This document shows positions 56,526 to 64,000 of a stretch of 64,000 bases of DNA, piece after piece. The stretch is from a virus: positions 1-64,000 of the IMG/VR virus record IMGVR_UViG_3300048587_000705; one strand, written 5' to 3'. Position 1 is the first letter of the stretch. Every line of letters begins with the position of its first letter. The translations under genes were made by a program, and so were the position numbers. The notes under the pieces were generated by a model that had not been told where the DNA came from, did no database searches, and was given only the letters and a program-made list of their open reading frames with translations.

Positions 56526-58729
56526 TTTGTAGATTTTTTGTATCTTTTATTAAAATTCTTCCACTCATCTTCGTATATTCTATCATAGTAATGTATAGCT
56601 TTTTCTTTATCAGGCATACCGTTCCAATCATATACATCACTAAAAGAGATATATCTTCCTTTTTCATCCTCTCCGGCATCTACTCTGTATCTTCCTAAAT
56701 TAAATTCTCCTTTAAAACTACCATGTCCAAGATTATACATTCCTTTATATCCAGCCTTATTTTTTGGGAACGCTTCTTCGGCACTATGTTCTCTATCCTT
56801 TCCATTAGACTTTAATCCTTTGTATATATCTTCAAATGTACCATTATGGTTATATGCCTTTTTGACTTCTGGTGATATAAAGTCTCTAAAAACATCTTCT
56901 TTCATACCTGTTCGAGTATAATATTTTATATTCCCATTATCTGAATCAGTGGTGACAGTTGGTCTGTAAGAACTTTCTATTAAATCTTTATCCTCTATAC
57001 CTAAAAAATATTGCCCTACATTTCCAAACATGTTTCCCCAAGTATTTGCTGTTGGAAACTCTTCTTTTTTAACTTTTATTTTAAGTTTTTCTACCTCTTC
57101 ATCTCTATCCATTCTTCCACCGTCCTGCATCATTCCATGTTTTTTCTTTATTTCCAGTACACAACGCTCGTATTTTTCCTTGTCGTCCCTACCAACAGAC
57201 GCGGTGCATATTGCCCAAGGGTTTATTTTTCCACCGTCTTTTGCTATAAATATATTATTGTTGTCCATATCTTCTGTGGAAGCTATATTGTTCATTAACC
57301 AAATTAAATCATCGTCCTTTACATTATCAAAAACCCTTTTTATATCCTTATTTGATTTGTATTTTGATTTAGCTTTATTTAAAAAATATTTATTAAATTC
57401 TTGTGTTTTTGTATCATATATTTTATCTTCAAATAATTTATATCTTAGCGCATCTATTTCAGCTTTAAGCTCTGATGGCATAGAATCATGTGGGTCAGAG
57501 GCATTATTTCTTTTATTTATATTTAGTCTCTCATTATCATTTAGGTTAAGATTAGGTATTTTTGAATTTCCTCGTATTTCCATACTCCCTATCCCATGGG
57601 ATATTTCATGGGCAGCTATAGTTGATTTATCTGAATTTCTGTTTTTAATCTCCCCGTTGTCTACATAGGCTTTATTTGTCCTGTATTTATAACTAGAACC
57701 ATAGTCACCATAATCCCCTCTTTGGATAGTCATTGTATTAAGATTATTGAGTCTGTCTTTAATTACTTGTTCTGTATTTTCCCAACCCATTCCCTCTATT
57801 CTTTTTTTGTACACAGGGGAATTCAAGTAATCATTATAAAATTGAATTTCTTTTTGAAACTCTTTATTTCTTACAAATAATTGTTCTGGGTCGTTAAAAT
57901 AATCATAATCTACTTGACCTCCCGATTGCATAACACTCGGTTGTTGCGCAAATGCGTTTGTCCTTTTGTATTCAGGCGCAACATAATTAAAAGCCCCCTG
58001 TTGTAACAGACCTACCAAAAAGTTCCTTTCAGCTATCTTTTTATCGAGCGCGGTCTTTGCTGTACTTTCCTCGTCCTCTTTACCATTCTCTTGGCCGTTG
58101 TCGTCGGGAATATCAGGTAAAGATACAAATGTACGATTTATTTTTGGTTCTTCATAAAATGTCAAATTTTCGTCAAATATACTGGGCTGTACTGTTTTTT
58201 GCTCGGTCAGTGCTTGGTCAGTGTTTTGTGTCGGAGGTACTGTTTGTTGTGGCTGTGGTTCAAACTGCATTCCCTCAAAGGTCTGTAAAAGGTTACGTGC
58301 GTTGTTTATCCTACGGTCGTTGTGTGCGTAATCTTTGTGTGGCCTTTCATAGTATTTTGATATAACAAGTGCAGCCTCATCAGGAGTGGTAGCTTTTTGT
58401 AAATGTTCTAACCCTAACGCTTTTTTATTTTTTAACTCCCAATCCACATAATCAAGCTGTTGTTCAAAAGTACTTTGTCTTATAGGTACTCCATAAAGTT
58501 GTTGGAACTTTTCCACTCTTTCGGGGGAACCTTTTGCGTTCCATTGTGCGAGCCCCATGGAGTTTTCCACCTTATCGTTCTTTCCAGCTTGATGGTTTAG
58601 TGAGCTCTCGGCAATAAGGTTTCCTACTATACCCGCTGATTGTACGGGTGTGTACCCACGTTCCAAAAAGAATTGGTATGCCTGCTTTTTTCGCTCCTGT
58701 ATCGGTTTTTGTTTGTCACCTAATCTCAT
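56522..58729 (-). CDS. virion protein with phage tail lysozyme and zincin domains
   Basis: AGIVGNLIAESSLN...GLAQWN...YERP; HEISH...ELKA. Confidence 0.85.
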   Translation of the reverse strand: MRLGDKQKPIQERKKQAYQFFLERGYTPVQSAGIVGNLIAESSLNHQAGKNDKVENSMGLAQWNAKGSPERVEKFQQLYGVPIRQSTFEQQLDYVDWELKNKKALGLEHLQKATTPDEAALVISKYYERPHKDYAHNDRRINNARNLLQTFEGMQFEPQPQQTVPPTQNTDQALTEQKTVQPSIFDENLTFYEEPKINRTFVSLPDIPDDNGQENGKEDEESTAKTALDKKIAERNFLVGLLQQGAFNYVAPEYKRTNAFAQQPSVMQSGGQVDYDYFNDPEQLFVRNKEFQKEIQFYNDYLNSPVYKKRIEGMGWENTEQVIKDRLNNLNTMTIQRGDYGDYGSSYKYRTNKAYVDNGEIKNRNSDKSTIAAHEISHGIGSMEIRGNSKIPNLNLNDNERLNINKRNNASDPHDSMPSELKAEIDALRYKLFEDKIYDTKTQEFNKYFLNKAKSKYKSNKDIKRVFDNVKDDDLIWLMNNIASTEDMDNNNIFIAKDGGKINPWAICTASVGRDDKEKYERCVLEIKKKHGMMQDGGRMDRDEEVEKLKIKVKKEEFPTANTWGNMFGNVGQYFLGIEDKDLIESSYRPTVTTDSDNGNIKYYTRTGMKEDVFRDFISPEVKKAYNHNGTFEDIYKGLKSNGKDREHSAEEAFPKNKAGYKGMYNLGHGSFKGEFNLGRYRVDAGEDEKGRYISFSDVYDWNGMPDKEKAIHYYDRIYEDEWKNFNKRYKKSTK

Positions 58730-61700
58730 TATTCCAAGTATAGATTTTCTTTTGTAAACCCGAGCCTGAACATCTTTTTGTGGCGGGTATCCTTGGATTT
58801 AAAGTTTATTAAAAATTCCATCCCGCGCAATCTTTCAAGTGTCCTCTTGCCGTAGAAGCTCACCGCCTGTTGGTTTATGTGCTTTTGTATCTCGTTCTCG
58901 TCGTAGGTAAACAACGGTACGTTATTGTTCTGGTCCTTTGTGCGGTTATAGAAATAGTTTACGTTCCACACCCCTTCATCGTTTACCTGTAATATTCTTT
59001 GTTGGTTCCCCTCAGTAATAGGGTACTTGGATATCTGCGACAAAGATTTCTGTTTGTCAAGGACAAGGTTTCCGCTTATGTTCGTATTGTTATAAATATA
59101 CATTTCGTCAAACCCCACTTCCTGTGTCTCGGAATAATCATAGTCGTTGTGGTATCTCAGGGATTCCATGATATAGGACGTATACTCAAGGAAACGTTTT
59201 GACCCCTTGTTCTGTATCGGAACCTCTATCTCCCAATCGTATGCCTTTCCGTAGAACACTTGGAAACTCCTGTTGGTAAGTAGGTGGCTCCAAAGACCTT
59301 CCTCACTACTGTCATCGTTCGTGGAGTAGTTTACTCCCGATTGGAAATAGTTGTTCTGTGCCAGATAGTAGTTTGGTTTGAAGTCAAAATAGCTTGCCCA
59401 CTTACCTGTCTGGAAGTTAAAGGATATGGTCCAAGATACGTCCTTAAAGTAATTGGTATCTGTGAGTAACACCTCCGGTAGATCCACAAACAGTGCCTCT
59501 TGTTCCCCACTACTACCAGCCCTTATTATATTGGTGAGCTCCTGTCCAAAGGTCTCCGAGGTAAATACTGACGACGCGGGACTTTTTTTGTTGTAGACAC
59601 CTTTCCACCCGAGTGCATTTAATGGCGTGTATATAGAACTGTCTGGCATCACTGCGTTGAAATAAGGATTCTCCGAGAGTATTGCCGTAACATCCACCTG
59701 CGGATCAAATTCGGCAAGTTCTGTTGGTGTCAATATCTTTCCCTCTATAGCGGCAATTCCCTGTAGGACAAGATTATCGGTCGGACCTCCTTTTGGTATA
59801 GGGTACAGTATGTTTTTCAGAAAAGTAAATTCCTGTAAGCCTACTTTGTACATTAAATAATCATCTTTGAATTTGTTGGTAGGTTGCCCTAAGAAATCGT
59901 TGGGGATTGAGTTATGGTAATCGGGTTGCACCTCGTCTACAAAACACAACTGTACCGCACTATCCTCTGGTGTCCATAAAGGGTTGGGGTCATCATTCCC
60001 AAGAGAAAAATTGGGTGGCAGTATAGCAAATGCCATATAATTGTCCCCCGGCCTATCGGGGTTGTTGCCTACCAAGGAGCTTGACCCTCTTCTCAAGAGT
60101 ATATGTAGTGTAAGGTATGCTTCAGTCAAGATTGGAAGGATATACAGATTGCCATCAAACGAGGGGTTATCCTCTTGATATGATGTAAACCAATCTGTTA
60201 ATGCCCCCGAAGCGGCCTCTACATCTCCTATTCCCATAGATGTAACGTCAAAGAAAGTATATATATTTGTAGTGCTTGGTAATACACCCTCCTTTATAAA
60301 CTTTATCCTACATTTCTCTATTGACTCATATGTCCATCCCTCACCCTCATATTGGGACACAAGGGGGGTTATTATTTCATCGGATACGTTGTAGAACTTT
60401 CCGTCCCTATAGCACAACTCTATATTTTTATCTATCAACTTGTAGTCGCGCTTGGTCAAAAACAGTCTTTCATATTTGCTGTCCCAACCCATTGCTATCC
60501 CTATACCTTTATAGGCGTTATCGGTGTCTATATCCTCGGGATTTCCTATCTGGTTGTTCTTTTTTATCTTGAACGGCAGATGTTCCTTGAACCACCTTTT
60601 CATGTTGGTTGGTTGGTTGCCCGCAGACTTTGATATCTCCTGTAACCCGTTTCCTCCCGGTGGCAATAAGAACACCTGTCCTCTTTCGGCATCCACCCAT
60701 ATATGCCCATATTCACAGCTCACTATTGTCCTGTTCTGTGTTCCGCCATACCCAAGTCCTGTGGTGTTGAAATCTATAGGTCTTTGGTTAAGTAACCTGT
60801 TCTCTCCAGCTACCCTTGACTCGGGTGTCATCCTCTCACTGTTCTCCAACGCGTTGAGTATGGTGAACGCCTTTTCAAAACGTGCCAGTATCTGCTCGGA
60901 CTCTATCGTGTCCAATGATACAAGACCCCCATTCGATGACTTGAACTTAAAAAAATTGTTGGGCTTATATATCAGCCAAGGATCTGTAAACCCATATTCG
61001 CTGTTGTCGGGCTCGGACGCTATTATCGTACCGTCACCTTTTGCTATCTTTTCATAAGTATCCTTATCATAGGTAGATGGTAATATCGTATAGGGGTGGC
61101 TCTCTATATTCTTTGAATAGGCGTTGTTGTAAAAAAGTGTATTTGGCGTCCTTATAGGTCTGTCTACTTGTTCTGTCAGTCTTATATAATCCTGTTCCTG
61201 CGGGTAAAAACTGTTCAGCAAGCCTTCCTTTGCATACCTGTTGTTACAGTTTATCTCGCTTTCCACAAGATAGGATGCTATACCATGACTGTATAGGTAA
61301 AACTTGGCGGGAGGTTTTATATAAAACCCGTTCTGTCCACGTAAGCAGTCAAAATTATACTTTGAATCTAAGTCGGGGAAAAGTATGTCACCAAAATTGG
61401 TATCCGAGCCAAATTCATAATCACAGTAGTACGTAGGTCTTGTGCCCAGATTACTGTACTTCTCATAGTCAAACGGTGTAAGTGATGCTTGCCCCATAGC
61501 CGTTGTCAAGAAAAACGGTATCTTACGTATTTCTGCAAATCTGGATATAAAGACGTCCCCACCGAATATTCTTGGTGTTGTGTTCGGGCTTTTCAGGTTC
61601 CCATTATAAGAAGTCGTGAGCCATACCACACTATCTATCGTACCATATTGTGCGGGGACATAATTTTTAAGGGAAAAATAGGGGGATGCAACATTTTTTA

Positions 61701-63999
61701 TATATTCTTCTGATTTTCCCTCTGGGCAATTCTCCTCTCCCGCCGTAAACCTACTCGAAGAGCTATAATTTCTTTCATTATTATCGTAGTTTATATACTC
61801 GCTTGGATACTCTATGTGTATCGGTTGGTCATTATCATCATATCCAAAAGAAATATACAAGCTCTGTTCCCTATCTATGTTGTTTATGTGGGATATGTTT
61901 CCCTGTTTATCGGTTATGTTGTTTATACCGCTGTTTATCTTTCCTATCCCGGATATCCCTCTTAACCTTTGTTCGGGCTGGTGCTCGTTGAGCATGTAAT
62001 TGTAGTGTCCTACCCCTGTGTTGCGTGAGGCAAAATTATACGGTGTCCCAAGGTCCTTTATCGTTTTTAACCATTGTAGCCTATACTGCCCTACTTTTAC
62101 AAAAGCGTTCGCTATAACAGCTATCGCACGGAGTATGTACAGTATTATACCCGCCACGTTCAGGGAGACCACAAAGCCAAAGTCGAGTCGGAATACCTCC
62201 ATACTCTCCGTAAGGCCGAGCGCCACCTCTATCACACCCTCTATAACGGCTAGTTTTGTAGCGGTCTTTTTTGCGTCCTTGCCCAATATTACCCATTTGG
62301 GGTGATCCTTTACTTCGGTAATAGTGTTCGTTGAGTCGCCAAAAAGGTACCCTTCTATGTTCACCTCGGTGGGGTTAAGTTGTATGTTGCTGTATATGTC
62401 TGGTGACATAAACATAAACTTGTGGTTCTTTTCACTGTTAAAAGGATGTTCCAATGGGTCGTCACTGTTGTCCTTGAAATATTTGTTCTTTCCGAGGTCG
62501 TTAAATGGAAAATTGGAGTACTCTACATCTTTTCCTTTTTCTGTATATTTCATACTATCAAAGGCCACTCCTTTTGCCTGTATACTTTTGTTGCCGACCC
62601 TGTTACCGTACATTATCTCGTACCCCACTATGGAATCCCTTTGTGCTTGGGTTATCAAAGAATTGTTAACAGCTATATCCAAAAAAGAGTTTATAATATT
62701 CTCGTCTATGGTCATACCTATGGGGTACACTATCGAGTCGGTAAACGGTGCCATCTCTATAGGTGATATGAAAGGGGATACCGCTGAATCTGGATACTTA
62801 AAATGTCTTATCGGCTGACATATAAAATTTGAATCTTTTAAAGTGTATATTTCCGCAGTTCCTGTTGTGTATGTTTCCTCAAACTCGTCCACTATGCTCT
62901 CTGGAATGTCATCTGGCGTTATTATAAGTCCAGAAGAATCATACAGTTGTGTGTTGTCTGGATATGTCTCTATACTCTCCCAATAGGAAAACTTACCTGT
63001 CTCAAATGATTGTGGTGCACAGTCATTTGGTTGTGGCACTTCATACATACAGGTGGCAACATATTTTTGGCTCTTGTTAATCCCTATACTATCAAATGTC
63101 ACCCGTACCTCTGAAAACTCTATTGGGCGGGTAAAAATAGAAAAGCAGTCCCAAGGGGGTACTGTCATATAAATATCTGGTTCTATATCTCCAGAAAAAG
63201 AAACAGAATTATATATAGGTGCTTCAACCGAAACTAAAAAACTTTTTCTTGTAAGCGGTAGGTAATCAGGACTGAGTGTGTCTTCCGTATCAAATATTTG
63301 AAATATTCCATCATCTTTTTCAAATATATACGTTCTAATAGGTTCTCGTGAACTGCAATTGTCCCATATACTTACCCTCAAAGACGATTCCACTTTTAAA
63401 ACCGCTTGTATTTGCCGAACTATGTCCAATCTTCTGGCAAAAGTCTCTCCATTTTGTGGAACTTCATACCAAGGCTTTTTTGTAAGGGGTGTCATGTCAA
63501 ATACAAACCTTGGCTCATCTGGTTGTACAAATCCTTTGAACCATATTGCTCCCTTATGTAGCCCCGGATACCATCCATTGGCACTTGGCCCCAATACTAC
63601 AGTGCCATTTAAATCTCCTGTTAGATTTATTATCGTAATAGTAGATGACGATGATATAAATGTAAGTGTCTCCCCATCAGCCGTAACAGTGATATCAAGC
63701 GCGTCCAATGCAGCAGCGTGGTCAGTTACAAAATCTGTAGCTGTCTGTGTAAGCGACGTGTTGAAAGTAGAAAGGTAGTCTACGCCTCCTACATTGATGT
63801 TGGCCGTTCCAGATGTTCCTGTTAAGGTTACAGAATTACTTACCGTAAAAGTATAGCTTGTATCATAAAGGTCTGCCAGCACTATCTCATCCCCCTCTCC
63901 CGGCTCCGTTTCAGGTAAAGTGCCATATATCGCTAAATGATAAGCCTGTCCTACTATATCTTCATCAACTTTATGTACTATTTCTTCCGCGTAGTTACA
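58729..63999 (-). CDS. large tail (muzzle/stabilisation-like) protein, 5'-partial
   Basis: Frame is open to the window edge; YWESIETYP, PIRHFKYP, FGGDVFISRF, SWTISF...WASYFDFKP motifs. Confidence 0.8.
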   Translation of the reverse strand, partial: CNYAEEIVHKVDEDIVGQAYHLAIYGTLPETEPGEGDEIVLADLYDTSYTFTVSNSVTLTGTSGTANINVGGVDYLSTFNTSLTQTATDFVTDHAAALDALDITVTADGETLTFISSSSTITIINLTGDLNGTVVLGPSANGWYPGLHKGAIWFKGFVQPDEPRFVFDMTPLTKKPWYEVPQNGETFARRLDIVRQIQAVLKVESSLRVSIWDNCSSREPIRTYIFEKDDGIFQIFDTEDTLSPDYLPLTRKSFLVSVEAPIYNSVSFSGDIEPDIYMTVPPWDCFSIFTRPIEFSEVRVTFDSIGINKSQKYVATCMYEVPQPNDCAPQSFETGKFSYWESIETYPDNTQLYDSSGLIITPDDIPESIVDEFEETYTTGTAEIYTLKDSNFICQPIRHFKYPDSAVSPFISPIEMAPFTDSIVYPIGMTIDENIINSFLDIAVNNSLITQAQRDSIVGYEIMYGNRVGNKSIQAKGVAFDSMKYTEKGKDVEYSNFPFNDLGKNKYFKDNSDDPLEHPFNSEKNHKFMFMSPDIYSNIQLNPTEVNIEGYLFGDSTNTITEVKDHPKWVILGKDAKKTATKLAVIEGVIEVALGLTESMEVFRLDFGFVVSLNVAGIILYILRAIAVIANAFVKVGQYRLQWLKTIKDLGTPYNFASRNTGVGHYNYMLNEHQPEQRLRGISGIGKINSGINNITDKQGNISHINNIDREQSLYISFGYDDNDQPIHIEYPSEYINYDNNERNYSSSSRFTAGEENCPEGKSEEYIKNVASPYFSLKNYVPAQYGTIDSVVWLTTSYNGNLKSPNTTPRIFGGDVFISRFAEIRKIPFFLTTAMGQASLTPFDYEKYSNLGTRPTYYCDYEFGSDTNFGDILFPDLDSKYNFDCLRGQNGFYIKPPAKFYLYSHGIASYLVESEINCNNRYAKEGLLNSFYPQEQDYIRLTEQVDRPIRTPNTLFYNNAYSKNIESHPYTILPSTYDKDTYEKIAKGDGTIIASEPDNSEYGFTDPWLIYKPNNFFKFKSSNGGLVSLDTIESEQILARFEKAFTILNALENSERMTPESRVAGENRLLNQRPIDFNTTGLGYGGTQNRTIVSCEYGHIWVDAERGQVFLLPPGGNGLQEISKSAGNQPTNMKRWFKEHLPFKIKKNNQIGNPEDIDTDNAYKGIGIAMGWDSKYERLFLTKRDYKLIDKNIELCYRDGKFYNVSDEIITPLVSQYEGEGWTYESIEKCRIKFIKEGVLPSTTNIYTFFDVTSMGIGDVEAASGALTDWFTSYQEDNPSFDGNLYILPILTEAYLTLHILLRRGSSSLVGNNPDRPGDNYMAFAILPPNFSLGNDDPNPLWTPEDSAVQLCFVDEVQPDYHNSIPNDFLGQPTNKFKDDYLMYKVGLQEFTFLKNILYPIPKGGPTDNLVLQGIAAIEGKILTPTELAEFDPQVDVTAILSENPYFNAVMPDSSIYTPLNALGWKGVYNKKSPASSVFTSETFGQELTNIIRAGSSGEQEALFVDLPEVLLTDTNYFKDVSWTISFNFQTGKWASYFDFKPNYYLAQNNYFQSGVNYSTNDDSSEEGLWSHLLTNRSFQVFYGKAYDWEIEVPIQNKGSKRFLEYTSYIMESLRYHNDYDYSETQEVGFDEMYIYNNTNISGNLVLDKQKSLSQISKYPITEGNQQRILQVNDEGVWNVNYFYNRTKDQNNNVPLFTYDENEIQKHINQQAVSFYGKRTLERLRGMEFLINFKSKDTRHKKMFRLGFTKENLYLE

Positions 64000-64000
64000 C

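Noticed and set aside
1800-63800. The many plus-strand ORFs in the track other than the two tnpB genes
   Set aside because: Antisense shadows of convincing minus-strand genes, with no recognisable motifs
1-64000. Stop-codon reassignment as in some crAss-like phages
   Set aside because: Very long genes are intact in code 11, and TAG and TGA both terminate tightly packed genes; only one internal TAG was found
1-64000. CRISPR array, tRNA genes, reverse transcriptase/DGR, TnpA transposase
   Set aside because: No repeat-spacer pattern, cloverleaf, RT motif or HUH/serine-recombinase gene seen by eye; a tRNAscan or CRISPR scan would be needed to exclude them fully

Overview
Part of a Bacteroidota-infecting (probably flavobacterial) crAss-like/podovirus genome read in the standard genetic code, almost entirely on the minus strand. 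Region 1-1.7 kb is the end of a plus-strand block that finishes in a TnpB gene. Region 1.8-34.5 kb is a replication and nucleotide-metabolism block: phosphoesterases, a frameshifted polynucleotide kinase, three nucleotidyltransferases, family A DNA polymerase, Prim-Pol primase, DnaB-like helicase, ThyX, an adenine methyltransferase, class II RNR, nucleases and many small genes. It is driven by host-type TAnnTTTG promoters. Region 34.6-64 kb holds very large virion/ejected proteins, including a polyvalent LPD23-zincin-ART-zincin-GNAT protein, a tail-lysozyme protein and a 5'-partial tail protein. Best leads: (1) two virion proteins built from modules bounded by a recurring (M/Y)Q(D/S)GG peptide, suggesting a polyprotein or packaging-tag cassette system; (2) three TnpB/omega-RNA elements with no transposase in the window, including an unannotated 228-bp protein-less element whose ends obey the IS200/IS605 guide-pairing rules; (3) effector domains where crAss-like phages normally carry a virion RNA polymerase; (4) a candidate pseudoknot in the nrdJ leader. 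All calls come from reading motifs by eye; no database searches were run.
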